Below are positions 9,525-20,719 of a stretch of DNA of 64,000 bases, piece by piece. The stretch comes from Vulcanimicrobiota bacterium. GTDB lineage: Bacteria; Vulcanimicrobiota; Vulcanimicrobiia; Vulcanimicrobiales; Vulcanimicrobiaceae. The position numbers were made by a program, and so were the translations under genes. Location: the NCBI GenBank assembly GCA_963833095.1, contig CAWHWQ010000003.1:160001-224000 (forward strand), read 5' to 3'. The notes beneath the pieces are model-generated. The model did not search any database and was not told the origin of the DNA. It saw nothing but the letters and a program-made list of their open reading frames with translations. The stretch's first letter is position 1. Each line of letters begins with the position of its first letter.

Positions 9525-11354
9525 CTAATCGTCGAGCTTGAGAACAGCCATGAAGGCTTCTTGCGGCAGCTCGACGCGGCCGACGCGCTTCATGCGTTCC
9601 TTACCGACCTTTTGCTTCTCAAGCAGTTTGCGTTTGCGGGTGATGTCGCCGCCGTAGCACTTCGCCAAAACGTTCTTGCGGATCGCGCTGACGGTTTCGC
9701 GCGCGACGATCTTGCCGCCGATCGCGGCCTGAATCGGCACGTCGAACATCTGGCGCGGAATCAACTCTTTGAGTTTTTCCGCCAGCGCCCGGCCGCGCGC
9801 GGCCGCCTTCTCCCGCGCGACGATAAACGACAGCGCGTCAACCGGTTCTGCGTTGAGCAAGATTTCGAGCTTGACCAAGTCGCCTTCGCGATAGCCGATG
9901 ACCTCGTAGTCGAGCGAGGCGTAGCCTTTGGTCCGCGATTTGAGCTGATCGAAATAGTCCACGATTACTTCGATGAGCGGCATCTCGAAGGTAAGGATCA
10001 CGCGCCCGTCGTGCAGGTACTCCATGTTGAGGAGCGACCCGCGACGCGCGATGGTCGTGTCCATGATCGTGCCGACGTAGTCGGGCGGTGTAATGATCGT
10101 CGCCTTCACGAAGGGCTCTTCGATCGTGTCGATGACGTTGCTAACCGGAAGCTTCGACGGATTGTCGATCATTTCGACCGTGCCGTCGGTCCGGGTCACG
10201 CGAAACACGACTGAGGGTGACGTCGCGATGAGATCGATATTGAAATTGCGCTCGAGCCGCTCTTGCACGATCTCCATGTGCAACAGGCCCAGAAATCCGC
10301 AGCGAAAGCCGAAACCAAGCGCCACCGACGTCTCGGGCTCGTACGAAAGCGCCGCATCGTTGAGCTTCATCTTTTCGAGCGCTTCGCGCAGATCTCCGTA
10401 CTCGGCGCCTTCGTTGGGATAGAGACCGCAATAGACCATCGGTACCGCTTTGCGATAGCCCACCAGCGCGACGTGCGCCGGATTGCTCGCCTCGGTCAGC
10501 GTGTCGCCGACGTCGATGTCGCCAAGCGACCTGACATTTGCGATGACGTAGCCCACGCTGCCCAGGCCCAGTGTCTTCGTTGGGCGCATCTGCGGGCTAA
10601 AGACACCGACCTCGGTACACTCATAGACTTTTTCGTGCGCCATCGACATGAAGCGGCTTCCGGCTTTGAGCTCGCCGTCGACTACGCGCACGTAGGAAAC
10701 TACGCCCCGATACGGATCGAACTGCGCGTTGAACACCAAGCCCCGCAAGTGATCGTGGTGGCCCTTGGGTGGCGGAATGCGGCTCACGATCGCTTCGAGA
10801 ATCTCGTCGATCCCAATACCGTTTTTGGCACTGGCGAGGATACACTCGCTGCGCTCAATGATGAGAAGCTCCTCGACTTCGCCCATCACGCGCTCGGGAT
10901 CGGCCGCGGGCAGATCGATCTTGTTGATCACCGGGATGATCGTGAGATCGTGTTCGACCGCGAGGTGATAGTTGGCCAGCGTCTGCGCTTCGATGCCTTG
11001 CGCTGCGTCGATGATCAGCAATGCGCCTTCGCAGGCGGCCAGCGAACGCGACACTTCGTAGGAGAAGTCGACGTGTCCGGGCGTGTCGATCAAATTGAGC
11101 TGGTAGGTTTGTCCGTCGGCCGCTTTATAATTCAGCGTGACCGGATGCATCCGAATGGTGATCCCGCGCTCGCGCTCCAAATCCATTGCATCGAGCGCCT
11201 GGTCTTCCATGTCGCGCATCTCGACCGTCTTGGTCAACTCCAACAAGCGATCGGAAAGCGTCGTCTTGCCGTGATCGATGTGCGCGATAATACAAAAATT
11301 GCGGACATTGGCCGCAATTTCGGTACGATGGGGGCGCTCGGCCTTAATACTCAC
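9525..11354 (-). CDS. lepA: Elongation factor 4 (LepA)
   Basis: [52 protein letters not shown]. Confidence 0.99.
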   Translation of the reverse strand: MSIKAERPHRTEIAANVRNFCIIAHIDHGKTTLSDRLLELTKTVEMRDMEDQALDAMDLERERGITIRMHPVTLNYKAADGQTYQLNLIDTPGHVDFSYEVSRSLAACEGALLIIDAAQGIEAQTLANYHLAVEHDLTIIPVINKIDLPAADPERVMGEVEELLIIERSECILASAKNGIGIDEILEAIVSRIPPPKGHHDHLRGLVFNAQFDPYRGVVSYVRVVDGELKAGSRFMSMAHEKVYECTEVGVFSPQMRPTKTLGLGSVGYVIANVRSLGDIDVGDTLTEASNPAHVALVGYRKAVPMVYCGLYPNEGAEYGDLREALEKMKLNDAALSYEPETSVALGFGFRCGFLGLLHMEIVQERLERNFNIDLIATSPSVVFRVTRTDGTVEMIDNPSKLPVSNVIDTIEEPFVKATIITPPDYVGTIMDTTIARRGSLLNMEYLHDGRVILTFEMPLIEVIVDYFDQLKSRTKGYASLDYEVIGYREGDLVKLEILLNAEPVDALSFIVAREKAAARGRALAEKLKELIPRQMFDVPIQAAIGGKIVARETVSAIRKNVLAKCYGGDITRKRKLLEKQKVGKERMKRVGRVELPQEAFMAVLKLDD

Positions 11355-11355
11355 A

Positions 11356-11640
11356 TTAGTACGCAGCGACGCATACGCTGTTGATAGCCATAGCGATAAT
11401 CCACGGCACGACGTAGATCACGAGTATGAACAGCACGATGAAGGCGATATCGAAGCCGCCGATCGGCGGGATAATGCGCCGGATCGGGTTGAGCAGCGGT
11501 TCGACCAGCATCGCGAGATAGCGCGTCCAGGGGCCGCGTAGATCCGGCAGCCACGACAATAACGCGTAAATGATCAACACCACCGTGTAGATCTTGAAGA
11601 TTAAAAGGATCGGCCCGTAGAGCGCGCACAGGAAATTCAC
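11356..11640 (-). CDS. yggT: YggT family membrane protein
   Basis: LLSWLP...[21 protein letters not shown]. Confidence 0.9.
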   Translation of the reverse strand: MNFLCALYGPILLIFKIYTVVLIIYALLSWLPDLRGPWTRYLAMLVEPLLNPIRRIIPPIGGFDIAFIVLFILVIYVVPWIIAMAINSVCVAAY

Positions 11641-11653
11641 GGCAAAGTAAGTT

Positions 11654-12574
11654 CTACGGAAGCGCGGCTAAGACATTTGCCGGCACGCCGTGGAGGAACG
11701 GCGTGGGATCGACCGGCGACCCATCGTACATGATCTGATAGTGCAGGTGTGGGCCGGTTGCAAAGCCGGTTGCGCCGACGAGGCCAATCGTCTCGCCCTT
11801 GTAGACATGCGCTCCGACCGCAACCATTACGCGCGAAAGATGCGCGTACCAGCTGTGATAGCCGTTTCCGTGATCGATGTCGATTTTGATACCGTAACCG
11901 CCGTCATACCCGTTTGCAACCACGGTACCGGCCGCCGCCGCGCGGACGATCTCGCCGTAGTCGGCGCTCAGATCGACGCCCGGGTGGAATTCGACGTCAG
12001 GATAGGTGCGATAGCAATAGCAGCCGATGATCGGCGCGCCGTCGACTGGATCGATCGAAGGGATGTCGGCAATCATTTGCGCGCGAGCCAAATCGCGAAT
12101 GTGGCGGATATTGAGCACGTGCATAGCGAGCTGGCGCATGGCGTCGGATTCGTGCGACACCGCGAGGCTCTCGGCGCTGAGCGCATTGACCCGCTCGGCC
12201 ACGGCCGGCAAAGACTGACCCCGCACCCACGAGGTCTTTTGCCGCACGGGCGGACTCGATGCCGCGCTTGGGACACCGATAAGCTGGCGGATCTCGCTGT
12301 TTTGCTTCTGCACGTGCTGCAGTTGCTTGCGTAGGGTCTCGGTCTGCCGGTCGATCTGCCGCAGCGAGGCTTGTTGTGCGGCGGTTTGTGCGGCGAGGTG
12401 CGAGACCTCCAGTCGCGCGCGAATCACTTCGGCAAAGGCAAAGCCGATCGAGCCCAAGATAACGAGCGCGAGCGCGCCCAGAACGGCGGCCATGTGACGA
12501 CGCCGAACTTGGAAGCGATGCACCGTCTCGCCCCGCTCAGGGACGATCTTCACATAATATCTGTCGGTTATCAT
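11654..12574 (-). CDS. M23 family metallopeptidase with TM and coiled coil
   Basis: HPGVD, YAHLS, TGPHLHY motifs. Confidence 0.92.
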   Translation of the reverse strand: MITDRYYVKIVPERGETVHRFQVRRRHMAAVLGALALVILGSIGFAFAEVIRARLEVSHLAAQTAAQQASLRQIDRQTETLRKQLQHVQKQNSEIRQLIGVPSAASSPPVRQKTSWVRGQSLPAVAERVNALSAESLAVSHESDAMRQLAMHVLNIRHIRDLARAQMIADIPSIDPVDGAPIIGCYCYRTYPDVEFHPGVDLSADYGEIVRAAAAGTVVANGYDGGYGIKIDIDHGNGYHSWYAHLSRVMVAVGAHVYKGETIGLVGATGFATGPHLHYQIMYDGSPVDPTPFLHGVPANVLAALP

Positions 12575-13062
12575 GCCTTCGACGATCGCGCGAGTTCAAT
12601 CGCACGGAGTTCTTCAGCTGAAGCGTTGACTGCCGGTTTATATCGGTTGACGGCTTTGCCGTAGGTCCGTGTGTCGGTGCGCGAGTAGATGCTCGAGATG
12701 ACGACGCCGTCTCCCTCACGATTGAGCAGAGCCAGCGCGTAGGACAGTTCCGAACCGGTATCCTCAAAGGCGTCGTAGCGGACAAATCCCACCCGGGAGA
12801 CGTCCGTGCGAGCCAGCGTTTCGAGTTCGCTTACCTGCTGAGCGACCCTTTTGAGGCCGGCTTGCTCGGTGGACAAAGCAGACTCGATTGCAGCCAGGCG
12901 GCCCGAGGCGCCCGCGCCACCGCCGATCAGTCCGTCGTGTACGGCCAGCAGCTCCCGGGCGCGGCGTAGCGCCGGCGCCGCGACCGCTAGGTGATAGACG
13001 AGCAGCGCGACCAAGGCCGCGGCAAAGGCTGCGAACGCAGCGTAAATCGTAAGTGTTGACAT
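12571..13062 (-). CDS. DUF4446 family membrane protein
   Basis: VGFVRYDAFEDTGSELSYALALLN...GVVISSIYSR...RTYGK. Confidence 0.85.
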   Translation of the reverse strand: MSTLTIYAAFAAFAAALVALLVYHLAVAAPALRRARELLAVHDGLIGGGAGASGRLAAIESALSTEQAGLKRVAQQVSELETLARTDVSRVGFVRYDAFEDTGSELSYALALLNREGDGVVISSIYSRTDTRTYGKAVNRYKPAVNASAEELRAIELARSSKA

Positions 13063-13070
13063 AAATAAGG

Positions 13071-13191
<121 letters not shown>

Positions 13192-13242
13192 ACGCCATAA
13201 TACCACAGGCCCTTCTGCGTCGTTGCCAAGGAGGTCTCAGCG

Positions 13243-13725
13243 GTGAACGTGCTCCTTGCCTTGATTCTGCTCAGCTCTGCTTTTGATAACGGGACCTTCC
13301 TGCCGAAGACGGCTGCGGCTATTCCCTGCGGCGGTTCGGGCATCTCACCGGCGCTGCGCTGGAGCAATGCGCCGGCCACGACACGCAGTTTCGCACTGAT
13401 CGTCCATGATCCCGACGCGCCGGTCGCCGGGGGCTTCTACCACTGGGTTCTCTACAATCTCCCGCCGGAGACGACCACCCTGCAGCGGTCCGCGCGCATC
13501 CCGGGCAATCGTTCGGGGCGCAATAGCTTCGGAACGCTCGGCTACGCTGGCGCATGCCCTCCTCCGGGGAACGCGCACCACTACCGCTTCACGCTGTATG
13601 CGCTGGACATTGCAAGCATCGATGCAACACAACCGCTGACGGCGACCGAACTGCTGGCGCGCATGCAAGGCCACATCCTCGCACAGAGCACGCTGGTCGG
13701 AATGTTTGCCACGGCACCACGGTAA
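13243..13725 (+). CDS. YbhB/YbcL Raf kinase inhibitor-like (PEBP) protein
   Basis: DPDAP...HW, GACPPPG..HHY.F..YALD. Confidence 0.92.
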   Translation: MNVLLALILLSSAFDNGTFLPKTAAAIPCGGSGISPALRWSNAPATTRSFALIVHDPDAPVAGGFYHWVLYNLPPETTTLQRSARIPGNRSGRNSFGTLGYAGACPPPGNAHHYRFTLYALDIASIDATQPLTATELLARMQGHILAQSTLVGMFATAPR

Positions 13726-13736
13726 ACGTCTGCGGA

Positions 13737-13946
13737 ATGGAAGATGTCGTCATCAAAGTTCGTGAGAACGGCCCATACTTGGTAACCGGAAGCGTGCGCC
13801 TGATCGACGCCGACGGCAACCCGTACACCGTCAACGAGAACTTCGTCCTTTGCCGCTGCGGCGGTTCGGCGCTCAAGCCGTTTTGCGACGGCAGTCACCG
13901 CGAAAACGGCTTTTGCGCGACGCAGCGCGCCACGCCACAGGAGTAA
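13737..13946 (+). CDS. CDGSH iron-sulfur domain protein
   Basis: NGPYLV, LCRCGGSALKPFCDGSH. Confidence 0.92.
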   Translation: MEDVVIKVRENGPYLVTGSVRLIDADGNPYTVNENFVLCRCGGSALKPFCDGSHRENGFCATQRATPQE

Positions 13947-13950
13947 CCCG

Positions 13951-15117
13951 ATGCCATCGTACGTTCGCGCCGGTTCGATTCCCCACAAGCGGCACATCCA
14001 ATTCCGCCGTCCCGACGGGGGACTGTATGCCGAAGAACTCTTCTCGACCAAGGGCTTCGAGAGTGTCTACTCGCTGCTCTATCATCTGCGTCCGCCGACC
14101 GCAACGCTTGAGGTACGCGCGTGGGATCGGCCGGCCGTGCGCCTCGTGCCCAACGAACCGCTACGCAACCGGCACTTCAAAACTGCGGGCATCCAAACCG
14201 GTGGCGACGCGATCGATTCGCGCCGGGCGCTCCTGGGGAACGACGACATGCTCGTTTCCATCGCGCAAGCGGATCGTCCGATGGAGTACTGGTACCGCAA
14301 CACGGGCGGCGACGAGTTGCTCTTCATCCATCACGGAGCGGGTGTCATCGAAACGCCGTTCGGTGAACTGGCTTATCGGGCGCACGATTACATCGTGATC
14401 CCGACCGGCACGACCTATCGCGTACTTCCCGCATCGCCCAGTCGCATGCTCGTGCACGAATCGCGCGGCATGGTCACGATCCCTCGGCGCTATCGCAATG
14501 AGTACGGGCAGTTGGAAGAGCACGCGCCGTACTACGAACGCGACTTTCGTGCGCCGGCGCTGAAGTCGCCGGTCGACGCGCGCGGCGAGTACGAAGTGCG
14601 TGTCAGCAGTGCCGGACGTACGGCGATTTACATCGTCCAAAACCATCCCTGCGACGTCATCGGCTGGGACGGCTACTGTTATCCCTATGCCTTCAACCTC
14701 GAAGAGTTCGCGCCCATCACCGGGAAGCTGCATCAACCGCCGCCGGCTCACGCGACGTTCGAAGCGCCGGGTGCGGCGTTCTGCGCCTTTGTCCCGCGTC
14801 TCTTTGATTACCATCCGCTGGCGATTCCCGTTCCGTACAATCATTCAAGCGTCGACTGCGACGAAGTGATCTTCTACGTCAGCGGCAACTTCATGAGCCG
14901 CCGCGGCGTCGAGGAGGGTTCGATCACGTTGCATGCGGCCGGAGCACCGCACGGGCCGCAGCCCGGTGCGGTTGAAGCTAGTCTCGGCAAAACATCGACC
15001 GACGAGATCGCGGTCATGGTCGATACGTTCACACCGCTCGCGCTCGCGCTCTCCGCACTCGAAGTCGAAGACGAACAGTACTACCGCTCTTGGATCGAAA
15101 CTATCGCGCCGGTGTGA
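13951..15117 (+). CDS. hmgA: Homogentisate 1,2-dioxygenase
   Basis: GSIPHKRH, HQPPPAH, PYNHSSVDCDEVIFY, HGPQPG. Confidence 0.92.
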   Translation: MPSYVRAGSIPHKRHIQFRRPDGGLYAEELFSTKGFESVYSLLYHLRPPTATLEVRAWDRPAVRLVPNEPLRNRHFKTAGIQTGGDAIDSRRALLGNDDMLVSIAQADRPMEYWYRNTGGDELLFIHHGAGVIETPFGELAYRAHDYIVIPTGTTYRVLPASPSRMLVHESRGMVTIPRRYRNEYGQLEEHAPYYERDFRAPALKSPVDARGEYEVRVSSAGRTAIYIVQNHPCDVIGWDGYCYPYAFNLEEFAPITGKLHQPPPAHATFEAPGAAFCAFVPRLFDYHPLAIPVPYNHSSVDCDEVIFYVSGNFMSRRGVEEGSITLHAAGAPHGPQPGAVEASLGKTSTDEIAVMVDTFTPLALALSALEVEDEQYYRSWIETIAPV

Positions 15118-16369
15118 TCATCCCGCGAGCGCTTCCAAAGCCGATGCGGAACTCGCCCTGCTCGCACCATCCTCGCAGCGTGACCTCGTCACCGTCCTGG
15201 AGGAAGCCACGTACGTCACCCTTCGGCAGATGGATCGGTTCGGTTGCATTCCAGGTGAGCTCGATTAGACTGCCGCGCGAATCCGGCGTGGCACCGCTGA
15301 TCGTTCCGGACGCGTAGAGATCGCCGGGACGAATCTGCGTACCGTTTACGGTGACATGCGCGAGTTGCTGGGCGATGCTCCAATAGAGTTCTTTGAAATT
15401 CGTGCGCGCGATCGTGACCGGTGCGATGTTCTCGTTGCGCATCGCATGCGTGGAGAGGTCGACGGCGAGCTTGATGTCGTAGCCGCCGCGCGCCGGGCCC
15501 AGCAGATATGGAAGTGGTCGCGGGTCCTGCTCACGGCTATCGGTGCGAAAGGGCTCGAGCGCGTCGAGCGTGACGATCCATGGCGAGATCGTCGTCGCAA
15601 ACGACTTGCCTAAAAATGGTCCGAGCGGCTGATACTCCCACGCCTGAATATCTCGCGCGCTCCAGTCATTCACGAGAACAAGGCCAAAAACGTGATCGCG
15701 CATCTTGGCGGGTGGAATCGGCTCGCCGAGGCGATTGCCCGGGCCGGTGACGAAGCCGACCTCTAGCTCGATGTCGAGGCGTTGCGAAGGCCCAAAAACC
15801 GGCGCGTCGCTGCCCGCCGGTTTGCGCTGGCCATTCGGGCGCACGATCGGCGTGCCGTCGATGACCACCGTGCTCGAGCGACCGTGATACGCGATCGGCA
15901 TATGCCGCCAGTTGGGCAACAATGGCTCGGCGTTGGGGCGAAAGAGTTTTCCAAGGTTCGTCGCGTGTTCGAGCGATGAATAAAAATCGACGTAGTCGCC
16001 GATGGACATCGGCACGACCATTGCCGCTTGCGCCTGCTCAACGAAGAACGGCGCGCCCTGACGCTCGCGCAGCGCCGTGTTGCCACTGTCGTCGGCGCGC
16101 AATAAAGCGGCAATATGCAGGCGGAGCTTCTTCCACACTGCAGGACCCGCTGCAAGCAGTGGATTGAGCGTTGGCGCCATCAGCAGCCCCCGGTCGCAGA
16201 CGTCGTCCACGAGCCCGGCTTCGCTCAATGCGAAGAGATCTAAGATGCGCGTACCGATCGCCACGCCCAAGTGCGTGCGTCCCTCGCGCGTAAATGCGCC
16301 GTAGGGCAGGTTGTAAATGGTAAAGTCGCTTCCGGCCGGAACCGGAACCCACGAATGAATGTGCGGCAC
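15101..16369 (-). CDS. fahA: Fumarylacetoacetase
   Basis: GDYVDFYSSLEHATN, LDIELE, NDWSARDIQAWEYQPLGPF. Confidence 0.97.
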   Translation of the reverse strand: MPHIHSWVPVPAGSDFTIYNLPYGAFTREGRTHLGVAIGTRILDLFALSEAGLVDDVCDRGLLMAPTLNPLLAAGPAVWKKLRLHIAALLRADDSGNTALRERQGAPFFVEQAQAAMVVPMSIGDYVDFYSSLEHATNLGKLFRPNAEPLLPNWRHMPIAYHGRSSTVVIDGTPIVRPNGQRKPAGSDAPVFGPSQRLDIELEVGFVTGPGNRLGEPIPPAKMRDHVFGLVLVNDWSARDIQAWEYQPLGPFLGKSFATTISPWIVTLDALEPFRTDSREQDPRPLPYLLGPARGGYDIKLAVDLSTHAMRNENIAPVTIARTNFKELYWSIAQQLAHVTVNGTQIRPGDLYASGTISGATPDSRGSLIELTWNATEPIHLPKGDVRGFLQDGDEVTLRGWCEQGEFRIGFGSARGMITPAR

Positions 16370-16374
16370 GACTT

Positions 16375-17202
16375 TTAGACGGCAGCCACGACGCCAAGCG
16401 CGCGCAGGTCGTCGACCGGTTCGCCGAAGCTGCAGCTTCCGTAGCTGATAAAGCGCGCGCGCGCCCCGCGCATCGCGGGTTCGTCTTCGAGCAGCGCAAG
16501 AAGCGCTGCCGGGTCCTCCTCGCCGACGATGGCTTCGAGCGCGCTACGATCGCCTTTGGGCGCAACACCGGCGGCGCAGAGCAGATTGAGGAAGCCGTGC
16601 ATCGTCACACCGGCTGCTTCATTGAAATGACGGACCGGATGGTGAAGCCCCGCGGTTGCCTTGAACGCAACGCCCGCATCGCTCGTCGCCGCGATGAAGG
16701 CCGCGACCTCGGCGACGCTCGGAAAAGCCGACGGTTTGATCCCGCCGCAGCGAAGTTTGGCTCGCAGACCATGCTCGGCAAGTTTATCCATCGCAAGCTG
16801 CTGGCGCGCAGATTCGACGTAGATCGGCAGATCGTCGAGGCGAGCCCGCCGTGCTTGCCGCGCGCATCCGCCAATCGAATAGTCGCCGAGTGGAACTTCA
16901 ATGGCGGCAATCGTTGCCCAGCCTTCATGCCGCGTGCGCGCGACCACCTCGAACATTTCGGGCGTCGAAATCACCGACAACTCGATGCGAGCACGCCCTG
17001 CGAGGCTACGGCGCAATTCGATCAGGCCCGCGGCCGTCACGACGAAGCGCCCGAGCATCCATGCGGCGGAGCCGGACGTCGCCTGATCGTACTCGGCCAC
17101 CGCCGCCTCCATAGGCAGCTTTGCCGGGGGAAAAAGTCCTGCGTAGTCGATCAGGCCTTCGAGGGCGGAACGTCGAGCGGGCGTTTGGGTCAAGGTTTCC
17201 AT
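16375..17202 (-). CDS. Conserved hypothetical protein directly upstream of fahA
   Basis: IDYAGLFPPA, AKLRCGG, FKATAGLHHP, HGFLN motifs; 5-nt gap to fahA. Confidence 0.8.
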   Translation of the reverse strand: METLTQTPARRSALEGLIDYAGLFPPAKLPMEAAVAEYDQATSGSAAWMLGRFVVTAAGLIELRRSLAGRARIELSVISTPEMFEVVARTRHEGWATIAAIEVPLGDYSIGGCARQARRARLDDLPIYVESARQQLAMDKLAEHGLRAKLRCGGIKPSAFPSVAEVAAFIAATSDAGVAFKATAGLHHPVRHFNEAAGVTMHGFLNLLCAAGVAPKGDRSALEAIVGEEDPAALLALLEDEPAMRGARARFISYGSCSFGEPVDDLRALGVVAAV

Positions 17203-17255
17203 CGGCGCTACTCTTTCGACAGGGCCCCTCCCGACGCTTCGCCAAGCCCCTTTTC

Positions 17256-18370
<1,115 letters not shown>

Positions 18371-19267
18371 GTGCCAACTCTCGCGAGTCCACTGGTTAAC
18401 GTCGATGCCGTCATGCTCGAATCGCGCGCAAACGCGCTTTCGCAGCGCTCGATCAAGACCTCGGCCAAACTTGAAGGTATCACCCTCGCTATTCGCTGCA
18501 TCGATCTGACGACGCTCGAGGGAAAAGACTCTCACGGTCGGGTGCGTTCGCTCTGCGCAAAGGCGCGCAACCCTCGCCCGGGCTGGCCCAACGTGCCGAG
18601 CGTAGCCGCGGTGTGCGTCTATCCCAACCTCGTGCCGGTCGCGAAAGAAGCGCTGTGCGGCACCCCCGTCAAGGTTGCTTCCGTCGCGACGGCATTCCCG
18701 AGTGGTCTCTCGAGTCTTGAAGTCAAGCTCGCCGACACGGCTGCGGCACTCGAATCCGGAGCCGACGAGATCGATATGGTAATCGACCGCGGCGCGTTTC
18801 TTTCCGGTGACGAGGGGACCGTCTTTGCCGAGATCGTCGCCGTAAAGCAATTGTGCGGCAGAGCGCAACTCAAAGTGATTCTGGAAACGGGCGAACTCGG
18901 GACCTATGACAATATTCGCCGCGCGAGCGATCTCGCGCTCGAAGCCGGAGCCGACCTGATCAAAACTTCCACCGGGAAGGTCGGCACCAACGCGACGTTT
19001 CCCACCGCGGTCGTGATGTGTGAAGCTATCCGCGATTTTGCGCGTCGCACCGGCGAGCGACGCGGACTCAAGGTCGCGGGCGGCGTCCGCAATACAAAGC
19101 AGGCGCTGACGTACCTCGTGATCGTGAAAGAGACGTTGGGCGACGGGTGGCTCACGCCGGACCGCTTTCGGATCGGCGCAAGCTCACTGCTCGACGATCT
19201 GCTCATGCAGCTCGAAAAAGAAGAAACCGGCCACTACGCGGGAACCGATTACATACCAAAGGATTGA
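18371..19267 (+). CDS. deoC: Deoxyribose-phosphate aldolase
   Basis: IDLTTL, EIDMV, KVILETGEL, IKTSTGK, KVAGG, RIGASSLL. Confidence 0.96.
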   Translation: MPTLASPLVNVDAVMLESRANALSQRSIKTSAKLEGITLAIRCIDLTTLEGKDSHGRVRSLCAKARNPRPGWPNVPSVAAVCVYPNLVPVAKEALCGTPVKVASVATAFPSGLSSLEVKLADTAAALESGADEIDMVIDRGAFLSGDEGTVFAEIVAVKQLCGRAQLKVILETGELGTYDNIRRASDLALEAGADLIKTSTGKVGTNATFPTAVVMCEAIRDFARRTGERRGLKVAGGVRNTKQALTYLVIVKETLGDGWLTPDRFRIGASSLLDDLLMQLEKEETGHYAGTDYIPKD

Positions 19268-19269
19268 CG

Positions 19270-20707
19270 ATGGCCATCTTTGATTACGCGCCCGCGCCGG
19301 AGAGCGTGCGGCCACAGATTCGCGAAGACTATGGGCTGTTTATCGACGGACGGTGGACGCCGCCCGAAAGCGGCGCATTCTTCGAGACGGTCAATCCGGC
19401 GAGCGAGACGGTGCTGGCTCGTGTCGCCCAGGCGGGTGAAGCCGACGTCGACCGTGCGGTCCGCGCCGCGCGCAAAGCCTACGACAAGTACTGGCGCAAA
19501 CTCAAAAGCGCCGATCGCGCGAAGTACATCTATCGGATCGCACGTGCCATCACCGAACGCTCGCGGGAGCTGGCGGTCCTCGAGACCATGGATGGCGGAA
19601 AGCCGATCAAGGAGTCGCGCGATTTCGACATCCCAATGTCGGCCGCCCACTTCTTCTATTACGCGGGTTGGGCCGACAAGCTCGAATGGGTCATGCGGGC
19701 AGGGCGCGATCCTCAATCGCTGGGCGTCTGCGGGCAGATCGTGCCTTGGAATTTTCCACTTATGATGGCGGCCTGGAAGATCGCGCCGGCGCTGGCTTGT
19801 GGCAACACGGTCGTGCTCAAGCCGGCCGAGACGACGCCGCTGACCGCGCTTGCGCTGGCTCAAATCATCGAAGAAGCCGACCTGCCACCGGGCGTCGTTA
19901 ACGTCGTGACCGGCGACGGCACAACCGGGGCGGCGCTGGTCGAGCATCCCGACGTCGATAAGATCGCTTTCACCGGCTCGACCGAGGTCGGCAAGGCGAT
20001 CGCTCGCCGCTTGGGCGGGAGCGATAAGCGCCTCACATTCGAACTCGGCGGAAAAGCCGCACACATCGTCTTCGCCGATGCGCCGCATGGATCAGGCGAT
20101 CGAGGGCGTGGTCAACGGCATCTATTTCAACCAAGGACACGTCTGTTGCGCCGGCTCGCGATTGCTCGTGGAGGAGCGATGCACGACGAAATCGTCGGCT
20201 CGTCTTACCGAACGCCTGCAGACGTTGCGTCTCGGAGATCCCCTCGATAAGAACACAGACATCGGCGCGATTAATTCGCGCGCGCAACTCGAGCGGATCG
20301 AGGAGCTAGTTCGCAGCGGAGTGGAGCAGGGCGCGACGCTGGTGCAGCAGCAATGCGATCTGCCGTCACGCGGTTGCTTCTTTCCCGCATCGTTTTTCAC
20401 CAACGTTCATCAGTCGCATCGCATCGCGCGCGAAGAGATCTTCGGTCCCGTACTTTCGATCTTGACATTTCGCACGCCCGACGAGGCGGTTGAGAAGGCG
20501 AATAACACACCCTATGGCCTTTCCGCCGGCGTGTGGACCGAAAAGGGCAGCAAGAATATGTGGGTAGCGCAGCGCCTCCATGCGGGAGTCGTTTGGTGCA
20601 ACACGTTCAACCAATTCGATCCAAGTTCGCCTTTTGGCGGGTATCGCGAATCAGGCTTTGGTCGCGAAGGCGGCGTGCATGGGCTTTACGAGTATCTTGC
20701 ACATTAA
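19270..20707 (+). CDS. Aldehyde dehydrogenase (ALDH16-like catalytic half; frameshift near 20082)
   Basis: [49 protein letters not shown]. Confidence 0.93.
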
Positions 20708-20719
20708 ACGGGGTCGTTG

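Noticed and set aside
10263..11384. Long antisense ORFs such as this one opposite lepA (also opposite hppD, ALDH and the ATP-grasp gene)
   Set aside because: Shadow frames expected in high-GC coding DNA
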